DNA of 64,000 nucleotides from Escherichia coli (GTDB lineage Bacteria; Pseudomonadota; Gammaproteobacteria; Enterobacterales; Enterobacteriaceae): NCBI RefSeq assembly GCF_013122565.1, contig NZ_CP053258.1; one strand, 5' to 3'. Shown piece by piece: positions 30,801 to 39,821 of this stretch (position 1 is its first letter; each line of letters starts with the position of its first letter). The notes under the pieces were generated by a model. It saw only the letters and a program-made list of their open reading frames with translations, ran no database searches and was not told where the DNA came from. The position numbers and the translations under genes were made by a program.

Positions 30801-31659
30801 CGTTACTGTTTAACAGGTTACCTTTGGAATCGATGCTGACACCATTAACCCCCCCAGCAATAACGCCGAGGTTGCGAACCCCCACACCTTTCTCGGTGCT
30901 GACCAGACTGATTTTGTTCGCATACATTCCGCCCAGTTTGGCAACATCTACGCTGTAACCGTTACGGGACCCCGTGGCGGATACGCTACCGGTCACCTGG
31001 CCTGCGGCATTAACATAGTTATTGCCAGCAACAACGTTCAGCTCATCGGCAGACACTTTGCCGTTAACTACCACGTTACGGGACAGAATTTCTGTCGGGC
31101 TGGCGTTATCCAGTTTACCGAGCGTAATGGTACCGCCGTTCACGGAGTAACCGGCCAGCTTGTCATCCTGGATATCCGGCGTCCCGGTGGTTAAGGTAAG
31201 TTTACCTGTATTGATTGAACCGCCACCGTTTACAGTAATACCATTCGGGTTGGCAATAATCAGATCCGCTTTATCCCCTGCAACTTCCATCATCCCATTA
31301 ATGGTTGAAGGATTTTTGGAAGTAACCTCATTCAGGATCACCTTCGCCGACCCGGAGGTCAGATTACTGTTTCCCTGAATATTTCCGGCAAGTGAAGTAC
31401 TGGATTCATTAGCGCTGTTATTGAAAACGACACCATTTTTATCAACGTTTAGGTTATCCCAGATATTATGAGATAAACCGCTACCGTTAGGTTTGTTGAT
31501 GTCAACGACTGGCACACCATTGGCGTTATATACCGTTCCATTTTTTATGACTAATCCCGCCGCTTGAGAAGCTACAGGAAAAGACAACATCATAAGTATA
31601 GCAATAGGGGTTAATGCTTTACCCACCGTTGCTTCCTTACTTAAATTTATCATCGCCAC
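27847..31659 (-). CDS. TpsA exoprotein: filamentous-hemagglutinin-like adhesin, 1270 aa.
   Basis: The N-terminal TPS domain has VFNNSANES and IIANPNGITVNGGG motifs, followed by Asn/Gly-rich beta-helix repeats. It may correspond to the OtpA/OtpB system described in O157:H7 (recalled, not verified). Confidence 0.9.
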   Translation of the reverse strand: MAMINLSKEATVGKALTPIAILMMLSFPVASQAAGLVIKNGTVYNANGVPVVDINKPNGSGLSHNIWDNLNVDKNGVVFNNSANESSTSLAGNIQGNSNLTSGSAKVILNEVTSKNPSTINGMMEVAGDKADLIIANPNGITVNGGGSINTGKLTLTTGTPDIQDDKLAGYSVNGGTITLGKLDNASPTEILSRNVVVNGKVSADELNVVAGNNYVNAAGQVTGSVSATGSRNGYSVDVAKLGGMYANKISLVSTEKGVGVRNLGVIAGGVNGVSIDSKGNLLNSNAQIQSASTINLTTNGTLDNTTGTVTSVGTISLNTNKNTIVNTRAGNISTMGDIYVNSGTIDNTNGKLAAAGMLAVDTNNATLINSGKGSSVGIEAGLVALKTGTLNNSNGQIRGGYVGLESGALNNNSGDIQTTGDIAIISNGNVDNNKGLIRSSTGHIVIGAAGSVNNGSTKTADTGSSDSLGIIADTGVEIGANNINNNGGQIASNGNVSLSSYSTIDDYAGKILSNSKVIIKGSSLRNDTGGISGKQGIEVAVGGSLTNNIGVISSEEGDISLLANSVDNHGGFMMGQNITMESMSGVNNNTALIVASKKLKINARGSIENRDGNNFGNAYGQYFGMPQQTGGMVGKEGIELSGQNIYNNNSRIIAEDGPLTLQAQNTFDNTRALVISGADASIQVGGTYYNNYATTWSAGNLDIDATTLQNSSSGTMIDNNATGFIASDKNLSLEVVNSLTNYGWISGKGDVDVTVKNGNLYNRNTIAAEKGLDIAALNGIENWKDISAGGDLTMNTNRHVTNNSNSNMVGQNIVINAVNDINNRGNIVSDVDLNVTTKGNLYNYLYMVGYGDVALTANSVANNNATIEATGDLIIDSKGNVGNNRGKLHALNGVLSVKGSNLNNDYGEIRGYDDVTLALTGNYDSFKGSLTSETGDVTLTANIVDNAYGLIAGENVSVDAKSTIYNNTALIAANKKLVINAGGNLENRDGNNFLRYNGEVFGITDNVGGIVGKEGVTLSAQNVYNNNSSIIAENGPLNLLSRGTLDNTRALLSSGADAIIRAAGMFYNNYATTYSAGNLDVYAASLSNASDGRLEDNTATGVIASDKNLDLNVDNSVTNYGWISGKGDVHFNVLKGTLYNRNAIAADNALTINALNGVENFKDIVAGTALTIDTQKYVTNNSNSNMLGQTIAINAVNDINNRGNIVGDYSLGVKTTGNIYNYLNMLSYGVAGVSANKVTNSGKDAVLGGFYGLALEANETDNTGTIVGM
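27943..29988 (-). repeat. Tandem internal duplication in tpsA with a period of 378 codons (1134 nt).
   Basis: Residues 558-861 align without gaps to residues 936-1239 (for example NTALIVASKKLKINARGSIENRDGNNF versus NTALIAANKKLVINAGGNLENRDGNNF). Plus-strand shadow ORFs ending at 28300 and 29434 are also 1134 nt apart. Confidence 0.9.
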
Positions 31660-31922
31660 TAACGTTTTCCTTATTGATGCTATTCATTTTGGACATGCAG
31701 ATCACTTTTGATGACTCACGGAATATCAGCAAAAATGATTGCGGCAAATCCTATCACCTGGCGCAATAAAAAATCACGAAAAATAAGCTGAAATAAGGAT
31801 TCAAAAAAACAACTAAGAGTTATTGTTTTTTCATCGAACGGCGAAGAACCTAACTTACTAAAACACAATAATTTAAAAGTCCCCCATCCTTGCTCCTTGG
31901 GTGATAAAAAATCCAATTTAGA

Positions 31923-31973
31923 GGATGTCTGAAATGATATGTAGTTTTCTGTACGACATCATTTCAGACATCC
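31923..31973. repeat. 16-bp perfect inverted repeat with a 19-nt spacer.
   Basis: ggatgtctgaaatgat ... atcatttcagacatcc, read directly. It lies about 265 nt upstream of the tpsA start in an AT-rich, ORF-free region. Confidence 0.8.
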
Positions 31974-33051
31974 GAATAAAACAACAAAGTTGGTGAGTTA
32001 CAATTAATTTAAATCTTATTATTTGATTAACAAAGCATCATCATTACTGCATCTTATTCTCTATATCTTTTACGTCGGGGTAGATTCTTTATGGTCATTA
32101 CGGGCAGGCGACATTTCATTATATTACCATTTGCATTCACGCTTGTAACCCTTAAGAGTTATATAAAAAGGAAAGAGTTCTTGCTCATGGTATTACTGAG
32201 ATCGGATTAACCATGAGGTTAGCTATATAGAGAGCTTTGGCTTTGCGACAATTGGCTTAAGCAGCCACATTATGCCTGGCTTATCGTTGAAAGGGAGAAA
32301 GAAGAGCAAAACGGTTTGGCAAGCTTTCATTCCCATCTAATAGCAATCACCGCTATACATCATCCCTTAACGTATTCTGGTCTTCATAAAAATGTTATTC
32401 TAAATTAAAGATTGTAATGATTTTAATAATGTTGTTATTATTTTGCAACAAATCAATATAACACAATGATTATTCGCGATTTTTTATTAGTTAAGAGGAA
32501 TTGTTTTTACAGATTGCGCTACAATTCCGCTCATTTCTCACCACAGGAAAAGCTGAAGTAATCTTAAATGACTGTATTAACCCTTTTCTCCGCTGCCAGC
32601 ACTCTTAAATATCGTTGTTTTATTCTTATAAAAACGGCTTTTTTGACATAAAAAGTAATAGGTTCAGCCATTATGCAGAATTTACAACCTGAGAAAATCG
32701 CAAAAAACACTCTTATTCAGAATAAAACTCTGTTTATCATCTTTCGGTAAGCATTAAATTACTATATTACCGTTCAACATGAGTATGAATGAAAATTCAG
32801 TTGTTATACATGTGATGAATGTCATATATTGTGCTCATCGATTGCAGGACATCGCTATTCTTTTAGAGATACAGATATCACGCTGTTACTCTCTAATATA
32901 AAGAACACGCAAAGATTAGTTGTGTTACTGCAGTTGTTATGTCGCATATGGAATGCCCATTGTTACATCTTTAGTAAAAAGCTTTATTCACTTTCAAAAT
33001 TTTTACTCCATGAAGATAGGCTGTTTTGCTGCAAGCAATTGAGTTAGTGCA

Positions 33052-33675
33052 ATGAACAAGAACTTACTAACAAGGGTAATTATCATTTCGGATGATCTAT
33101 ATTACCTTCAGGGATTAAGTGCAAAACTAGGTCACCATTATCGTTTTTTTATTGAGTGTTTTTTTTGTTCTCAAAATGCATGCAATAATGACCTAAGTAC
33201 ACTTAGATTTGACAACCGCTTTACAAAAAACGTACTTCTTGTCGCAGTGGATGACGTAAGTATACTTGCAAAACTGCCAGATTTGGCCAGGTTTTTAATG
33301 ATTGTTTCACTAAGAAAGATGAAAAACAGAAATATCTTCTTTTCACTTTCAGAGCAAACATTCATTAGCCGATATATAAAATTGAATAAACTCATTACTT
33401 TGATTAAAAGTACTGATAAAGACCAGCAAGTCAGGCAGGTGACTCTGACAAGGTATGAGTGGGATATCTATTACTTATTTTTTAAGATAGATAACAAAAG
33501 AATATTGCACACCCTGCTAAAAAAGGATGTCAAGTATATTAGTCACTATAAAATATCAGTTTTTAATAAGTTTGAAATTGCTTGTGATAGTGATGGCTTT
33601 TACATTTTCAAGGCACTTATACAGTTAAGGAGATTTACCCGTTTTAAAAACGTCAGATTGTATCAATTGCATTAA
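33052..33675 (+). CDS. LuxR/FixJ-like regulator with a degenerate receiver-like N-terminus (FimZ/YqeH-like).
   Basis: 207 aa and AT-rich. The C-terminal segment LTRYEWDIYYLFFKIDNKRILHTLLKKDVKYISHYKISVFNKFEI fits the GerE-type HTH spacing. It lies immediately upstream of the fimbrial operon. Confidence 0.5.
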   Translation: MNKNLLTRVIIISDDLYYLQGLSAKLGHHYRFFIECFFCSQNACNNDLSTLRFDNRFTKNVLLVAVDDVSILAKLPDLARFLMIVSLRKMKNRNIFFSLSEQTFISRYIKLNKLITLIKSTDKDQQVRQVTLTRYEWDIYYLFFKIDNKRILHTLLKKDVKYISHYKISVFNKFEIACDSDGFYIFKALIQLRRFTRFKNVRLYQLH

Positions 33676-33717
33676 TTAACTCGTTCTATATTAACTCTAA
33701 ATTTCAAGGATATTAAT

Positions 33718-34278
33718 ATGTTTTCTACTTTCAAAAAAGCAGCTCTGCTGGCAGCTATTGCATTACCTTTTTCAACTATGGCTGCGCCTACAGTCACTTT
33801 TCAGGGTGAAGTAACCGATCAGACCTGTTCCGTAAATATCAACGGTCAAACCAATTCAGTAGTATTGATGCCGACCGTAGCCATGGCTGACTTCGGTGCA
33901 ACTTTAGCTGATGGTCAGAGCGCAGGCCTGACGCCGTTTACGGTTTCTGTGTCTAACTGCCAGGCTCCAACTGGTACAGATCAGGCAATCAACACCACCT
34001 TCCTGGGCTACGACGTTGACGCTAGCACGGGTGTTATGGGAAACCGTGATACCAGCAGCGATGCGGCGAAAGGCTTTGGCATTCAGTTAATGGATTCCAG
34101 CACTTCTGGTAACCCAATAACTCTGGCTGGCGCGACTAACGTACCGGGTCTGACCCTGAAAGTTGGCGATACCGAAGCCAGCTACGACTTCGGTGCGCGT
34201 TACTTCGTTATCGATAGCGCTGCTGCCACTGCCGGTAAAATTACCGCTGTCGCAGAATACACCCTGAGCTACCTCTAA
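33718..34278 (+). CDS. Major fimbrial subunit (chaperone-usher pilin).
   Basis: 186 aa with a signal peptide, an N-terminal TVTFQGEVTDQTC with a paired Cys (VSNC), and a C-terminal beta-strand AEYTLSYL. Confidence 0.85.
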   Translation: MFSTFKKAALLAAIALPFSTMAAPTVTFQGEVTDQTCSVNINGQTNSVVLMPTVAMADFGATLADGQSAGLTPFTVSVSNCQAPTGTDQAINTTFLGYDVDASTGVMGNRDTSSDAAKGFGIQLMDSSTSGNPITLAGATNVPGLTLKVGDTEASYDFGARYFVIDSAAATAGKITAVAEYTLSYL

Positions 34279-34363
34279 TTAATCTACTGGCTGGCAGTAA
34301 ATGTCAGCCAGTATTTCTTTGCACAATTAATAGTGATTTTTCATGGACATGGAAAAGATAAGA

Positions 34364-35065
34364 ATGAACATTTTTGCATATTTACTGGTACTTGTATTTT
34401 CCATGAGCATGAGCAGCAGCGCGTTTGCCAGCGTGGTAATGACCGGAACCCGTATTATTTTCCCTGGTGACGCAAAGGAAAAAACCATCCAGTTGCGAAA
34501 TACCAGCGATCAGCCCTATATCATTAATATCCATGTTGAGGATGAACGTGGTTCTGACAAGAATATACCGTTTATGCCAACCCCGCAGACATTTCGCATG
34601 GAAGCTGCCGCAGGTCAGGCGTTACGCCTGCTCTACACTGGTGATAATTTACCGCAGGATCGCGAGTCTGTTTTCTGGTTTAGTTTCAGTCAACTACCTT
34701 ATCTGAATAAGAACGATAAAAGTCAGAACCAGCTCATCCTGGCCCTGACTAATCGAGTCAAAATTTTCTATCGTCCCAGCTCAATTGTCGGTAAATCCAG
34801 TGACGCGCCAAAAAACCTGACTTACCAAGTAAAACAGAACCGCATTGAAGTGACGAATCCCACGGGCTATTACGTCGTGATTCGCGCCGCTGAACTGCTT
34901 AATAACGGTAAAAAAGTCCCCCTCGCGAATTCCGTCATGATTGCTCCTCAAGGCAAAACTGAATGGACACTACGCACTGGCATCAGCGTCGCTCCCGGTG
35001 CGCAGATTCATTTAGTGACCGTCAATGACTATGGCGTAAATGTCACGTCTGAGCATGCCTTATAA
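34364..35065 (+). CDS. Periplasmic fimbrial chaperone (PapD-like).
   Basis: TGTRIIFPGDAKEKTIQLRNTSDQPYIINIHV, plus LPQDRESVFWFS and KIFYRP motifs. The start could be 34343 or 34364. Confidence 0.9.
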   Translation: MNIFAYLLVLVFSMSMSSSAFASVVMTGTRIIFPGDAKEKTIQLRNTSDQPYIINIHVEDERGSDKNIPFMPTPQTFRMEAAAGQALRLLYTGDNLPQDRESVFWFSFSQLPYLNKNDKSQNQLILALTNRVKIFYRPSSIVGKSSDAPKNLTYQVKQNRIEVTNPTGYYVVIRAAELLNNGKKVPLANSVMIAPQGKTEWTLRTGISVAPGAQIHLVTVNDYGVNVTSEHAL

Positions 35066-35117
35066 GCTCTTTCCCCTTTTTTGAGCGGTATCCTTTTTCA
35101 CGCACGAGTATGTCGAG

Positions 35118-37640
35118 ATGAATAAATCCGTTGTGTCAATTTCTGCGGCAATATTGGTTTTACTCTGCCAGCCGGTTATGGGGAAAGAAATCTCACCCGC
35201 TACACCGTCAGATGAAGATAACTACACCTTTGACCCGCAACTCTTTCGCGGCAGCAGATTTAGTCAGTCGTCATTGGCAAAACTGACAACTCGTGAGTCT
35301 GTTGCACCGGGTAATTATAAAATGGATATCTACACCAATAATAAGTTGTCAGGCAGTTGGAATGTCACGTTCAAAGAAGCCGCTGATGGTCGCGTTCTGC
35401 CCTGCCTGACGCCTGAAGTCGCGGACGCGATAGGCCTCAAAACAGGGGAAGATAAGGGTGAAAAAGATCCGGTCTGTACCTTTGCTCAGGAACTCGCTCC
35501 CGGCATCACCAGCCAGACACAGTTGTCACAACTACGCCTTGACTTGTCGGTGCCTCAGAGTCAAATGATTAGTCGCCCTCGCGGCTATGTCCCCCCCAGC
35601 GAGCTGGATACCGGAGCATCGCTGGCGTTCATGAATTATATTGCCAACTATTACAACGTTGCCTATTCAGGGCAGAATGCTCATAGCCAGCGTTCGCTAT
35701 GGGCATCATTTAATGGTGGCATCAACCTTGGTGCCTGGCAATATCGTCAGTTATCCAACATGACCTGGGATAATGACAAAGGGAATCAGTGGAACAATAT
35801 TCGTAGCTATTTGCAACGCCCGCTGCCCGCCATAAATAGCCAGTTAATGATGGGGCAGCTTATCACCAGCGGAAGATTTTTCTCTGGACTCAGTTATCAC
35901 GGCGTTAGTCTCGCGACCGATGAACGTATGCTGCCGGACTCCATGCGCGGCTATGCGCCGACTATTCGCGGCGTGGCCGCAACAAACGCCAGAGTCTCGG
36001 TAATGCAAAACGGTCATGAAATATATCAGACCACCGTGGCTCCTGGCCCTTTCGAGATAAACGACCTATACCCCACCAGCTACAGCGGCGATCTGGATGT
36101 CACCGTTACGGAAGCTAACGGCGCAGTCAGTCGTTTCAGTGTCCCCTTTTCAGCCGTACCAGAATCGATGCGTCCAGGAACTTCCCGTTATAACGTGGAA
36201 GTAGGTAAAACGCAGGATAGTGGTGATGACTCGATGTTTGGTGACCTTACCTGGCAGCACGGGATGACTAATACGCTGACATTTAACAGTGGTTCGCGTA
36301 TCGCTGATGGCTACCAGGCGCTGATGCTGGGCGGAGTCTATGGCAGTTCGCTGGGGGCATTTGGGGCAAACCTCACTTGGTCCCATGCGCGTGTTCCCGA
36401 AAGCGAAGCGCAGAGTGGTTGGATGTCGCAATTAACCTGGAGTAAAACTTTCCAGCCTACTTCAACCACCGTCTCCCTGGCAGGTTATCGATACTCTACC
36501 AGCGGCTATCGTGATCTGGCTGATGTGCTGGGAGAGCGTCATGCTGCCAGCAATAAACAGTCATGGGACTCCAGCCAGTGGCGTCAACAGTCGCGCTTCG
36601 ATCTTACGTTAAGTCAGAGCCTTGCGAATTACGGCAACCTGTTTGTGTCAGGTTCAACACAGAACTACCGTGGCGGCAAAAGCCGTGATACACAGCTTCA
36701 GTTAGGTTACAGCAATAGCTTTAGCCATGGCATCAGTATGAACCTTTCCGTCGGACGCCAAAGAATGGGCGGCTATAAAGACAATTCTGATGATATGCAG
36801 ACGGTAACATCCCTTTCATTCTCATTCCCACTTGGCGGCAATGGACCTCGTGTACCAAGTCTTAGCAACAGCTGGACCCATTCAACTGACGGTAGCTCGC
36901 AATTACAAAGCTCGCTAACCGGAATGCTTGATGAAGCACAGACCACCAACTACAGCCTGAACGTCATGCGCGATCAACAATATAAGCAGACGACGCTTAG
37001 CGGAAACATGCAAAAACGTTTTTCACAAACTACCGTCGGATTGAACGCATCGAAGGGCCAGGATTACTGGCAGGCTTCAGGTAACGTACAAGGCGCGATG
37101 GCTGTGCATGGTGGCGGCATTACTTTCGGACCTTATCTGGGTGAAACGTTCGCCCTGGTCGAAGCTAAAGGCGCAGAAGGTGCAAAAGTCTATAACTCCA
37201 GTCAGCTGGAAATTAATGACAGTGGCTATGCGCTTGTTCCGGCAGTAACGCCCTATCGATACAACCGTATATCTCTCGATCCACAAGGAATGGATGGCGA
37301 TGCCGAGTTGGTCGACAGTGAAAGACAGGTAGCACCGGTTGCAGGTGCGGCGGTGAAAGTAATTTTCCGTACCCGTCCTGGTAAAGCGTTGCTGATTAAA
37401 TCCCGCATGGCAGATGGTTCGGAACTGCCAATGGGAGCCGATGTGCTGGATGAGAATAATACAGTCGTCGGTATAGCCGGTCAGGGGGGGCAAATTTACC
37501 TCCGCACAGAACAGACAAAAGGCCACTTGTCAGTTCGCTGGGGTGAAGGTGCTAACGATAGCTGCCAATTGCCCTTTGATATCAGCGGGAAGGACAGCAA
37601 TAGCCCTATCATCCGCCTGAATGAAACCTGTCAGTCTTGA
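35118..37640 (+). CDS. Fimbrial usher outer-membrane protein.
   Basis: 840 aa with FDPQLFRG near the N-terminus, usher-typical blocks (RGYAPTIRGVA, GPFEINDLYP) and a C-terminal Cys pair. Confidence 0.9.
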   Translation: MNKSVVSISAAILVLLCQPVMGKEISPATPSDEDNYTFDPQLFRGSRFSQSSLAKLTTRESVAPGNYKMDIYTNNKLSGSWNVTFKEAADGRVLPCLTPEVADAIGLKTGEDKGEKDPVCTFAQELAPGITSQTQLSQLRLDLSVPQSQMISRPRGYVPPSELDTGASLAFMNYIANYYNVAYSGQNAHSQRSLWASFNGGINLGAWQYRQLSNMTWDNDKGNQWNNIRSYLQRPLPAINSQLMMGQLITSGRFFSGLSYHGVSLATDERMLPDSMRGYAPTIRGVAATNARVSVMQNGHEIYQTTVAPGPFEINDLYPTSYSGDLDVTVTEANGAVSRFSVPFSAVPESMRPGTSRYNVEVGKTQDSGDDSMFGDLTWQHGMTNTLTFNSGSRIADGYQALMLGGVYGSSLGAFGANLTWSHARVPESEAQSGWMSQLTWSKTFQPTSTTVSLAGYRYSTSGYRDLADVLGERHAASNKQSWDSSQWRQQSRFDLTLSQSLANYGNLFVSGSTQNYRGGKSRDTQLQLGYSNSFSHGISMNLSVGRQRMGGYKDNSDDMQTVTSLSFSFPLGGNGPRVPSLSNSWTHSTDGSSQLQSSLTGMLDEAQTTNYSLNVMRDQQYKQTTLSGNMQKRFSQTTVGLNASKGQDYWQASGNVQGAMAVHGGGITFGPYLGETFALVEAKGAEGAKVYNSSQLEINDSGYALVPAVTPYRYNRISLDPQGMDGDAELVDSERQVAPVAGAAVKVIFRTRPGKALLIKSRMADGSELPMGADVLDENNTVVGIAGQGGQIYLRTEQTKGHLSVRWGEGANDSCQLPFDISGKDSNSPIIRLNETCQS

Positions 37641-37655
37641 TACAGAGAAAACCCG

Positions 37656-38990
37656 ATGTCTAAATCGACTTTATTACACATTCTGATTAGCTCCATCATA
37701 TTGGTGGCACTAATACAATCATCCGCTTGGGCTAACTGTACAAACACACAGATAGGTCAAACTGAAGATGGTCGGACAGCGCTTATTGAGTTCGGAAAAA
37801 TTAATATGACCGACACCTATTTTGCGCCAGCAGGTTCACTCCTCGCGACAACGGTCGTACCTCCCACTAACTACACATCAGGTGGCGCGACAGGAAGCTC
37901 AGTATTGTGGGAATGTGATGCAACAGATTTGCCAAACATCTATTTTCTGGTCGCTACCAATGGCGACGACCGCGTGGGGGGCTTTTACGATGCAGGCGGG
38001 CCTGATGGTCTGAGTGATGTCTATGCCACCTGGTTCGCTTTTGTCGGTCTCAAGCAGACCATGGCGGGCGTGACGCTTGGTCGTTACTGGAAGAAAGTGC
38101 CCATCACCAGTTATGCCACTCAGGGAACTAAAATCCAGATTCGCTTACAGGATATCCCTCCTCTTCATGCTGAGCTTTATCGCATCAGTACGCTACCTGA
38201 TACATCAGCAACAACAAGTTGGTGCGGTAATAATAATACAGATGGTAGTGGAGTCGGATTCGCAAAACCTTCCGGTACAATCTATAACTGTGTTCAGCCC
38301 AATGCCTATATTCAGCTTTCCGGTACCAGCGGCATTTTATTTGGTCATGATGAGCCCGGCGAAGATAGTTCTGTTCATTGGGATTTCTGGGGTGCTGATA
38401 ATGGTTTTGGTTACGGAATGCGTTCGGCCAATCGACTCTACAACAATGCCACCTGCGTTGCCCGCAGCGCCACGCCGTTAGTATTGCTGCCGACAATTGC
38501 AGAAGCACAACTGAATGCGGGCATGGAAAGTACCGGTAATTTTAATGTCCGCGTCGAGTGTAGTAACTCGGTTCAATCAGGGATTAGCGATACTCAGACA
38601 GCATTAGGAATCCAGGTGTCTGAAGGTGCATATACAGCGGCGCAAAAACTGGGGATTATCAATAGCAACGGCGGCGTCAGCGCCCTGGTCTCTGATAATT
38701 ATGACGCAGCAGAGATGGCAAAGGGCGTTGGGATCTACATTTCTAACAGTGCTCACCCCGATACGGCGATGACGCTGGTTGGTCAACCGGGCATCGCGAA
38801 GTTAACCCCCGGAGGAAATGCAGCGGGGTGGTATCCTGTATTTGAAGGGGCAACATTAGAAGGTGCGACTCACCCCGGATACTCCAGCTATAGTTACTCT
38901 TTTATCGCCCGGTTGAAGAAACTGCCAAATCAGACAGTCAGTGCGGGAAAAGTGCGGGCAACGGCTTATATATTGGTGAAAATGCAATGA
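37656..38990 (+). CDS. Large fimbria-associated protein, putative tip adhesin.
   Basis: 444 aa with a signal peptide. It lies between the usher and a second chaperone. The C-terminal segment KVRATAYILVKMQ is pilin-like. Confidence 0.55.
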   Translation: MSKSTLLHILISSIILVALIQSSAWANCTNTQIGQTEDGRTALIEFGKINMTDTYFAPAGSLLATTVVPPTNYTSGGATGSSVLWECDATDLPNIYFLVATNGDDRVGGFYDAGGPDGLSDVYATWFAFVGLKQTMAGVTLGRYWKKVPITSYATQGTKIQIRLQDIPPLHAELYRISTLPDTSATTSWCGNNNTDGSGVGFAKPSGTIYNCVQPNAYIQLSGTSGILFGHDEPGEDSSVHWDFWGADNGFGYGMRSANRLYNNATCVARSATPLVLLPTIAEAQLNAGMESTGNFNVRVECSNSVQSGISDTQTALGIQVSEGAYTAAQKLGIINSNGGVSALVSDNYDAAEMAKGVGIYISNSAHPDTAMTLVGQPGIAKLTPGGNAAGWYPVFEGATLEGATHPGYSSYSYSFIARLKKLPNQTVSAGKVRATAYILVKMQ

Positions 38991-39676
38991 AATCCGTTTT
39001 GCTCCTCTTAACCGTCTTGTTCGTACAGTCAGTGGAAGCCGGCATCATGCCGGCTTCTTCACGGATTATTTATCGCGATGGCGATCGGGAAAAGACACTG
39101 ATGCTGGTCAATACCAATGACTATCCGGTACTGGTGCAAAGTTGGGTAGATAATGGTGAAGGTTCCCCAGAATCTGCTTCTCCCCCCTTTGTGGTGCTGC
39201 CACCGGTTTTCCGCCTGGCTGCGAGACGAACCCAGGGGTTGCGGATTATCTATAATCATGACCCACTTCCCCAGGATCGCGAATCTGCATTCTGGTTAAA
39301 TCTTTATGAAATGCCGCCAGAAACTCCCCATCAAGATCCCACACATTTAACGCTGGCAATGAATACGCAACTTAAAATCTTTTACAGGCCAAAATCTGTA
39401 ACTATGACGCCCCAAGAAGCTATGCGTAAAATAAGTTGGCATCTGGGTAACGACGGCAGCAGTAGCTATATTGAGCTTAATAACCCAACACCACTGAATA
39501 TCTCTTTCACCTCCATCAGCATTGGGGCTACAAAGGTGCAGCAAGAAAGCGATATGATGATAAAACCCTTCAGTCAACGACGGTACTGGTTAGCAAGTAA
39601 TAACGTTAGTGGTGTGGTTGCGGCGACATATCTCGATGATAATGGTGCACAGATAAAACAACAATTAGCGCAATAA
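38987..39676 (+). CDS. Second periplasmic fimbrial chaperone (PapD-like).
   Basis: SSRIIYRDGDREKTLMLVNTNDYPVLVQSWV, plus LPQDRESAFWLN and KIFYRP. Its start overlaps the upstream stop (ATGA). Confidence 0.9.
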   Translation: MKSVLLLLTVLFVQSVEAGIMPASSRIIYRDGDREKTLMLVNTNDYPVLVQSWVDNGEGSPESASPPFVVLPPVFRLAARRTQGLRIIYNHDPLPQDRESAFWLNLYEMPPETPHQDPTHLTLAMNTQLKIFYRPKSVTMTPQEAMRKISWHLGNDGSSSYIELNNPTPLNISFTSISIGATKVQQESDMMIKPFSQRRYWLASNNVSGVVAATYLDDNGAQIKQQLAQ

Positions 39677-39821
39677 TGCTCTGAGTGGTATGTAAACTCA
39701 TCGCGATGGTTCAACGCTAACGAATAACCACTATACCCACCTGAAGTACCGGAAGTGGAGAAATGACAACATCTCTCCACTCCATTTTCCAGTCAAAACA
39801 CCTCAACGCAGCCAAAAATCG

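Noticed and set aside
27847-31659. TpsA as a contact-dependent inhibition (CdiA) toxin.
   Set aside because: It is only 1270 aa. I saw no VENN or pretoxin motif and no distinct C-terminal toxin domain. The downstream gene is tpsB, not a small immunity ORF.
32779-33047. A possible second LuxR-like regulator upstream of 33052: a 40-aa frame MSMNENSVVIHVMNVIYCAHRLQDIAILLE... plus the 72-aa ORF at 32829-33047.
   Set aside because: The frames are short and broken, and the similarity to the neighbouring regulator's N-terminus is only impressionistic. It is not reported as a feature.
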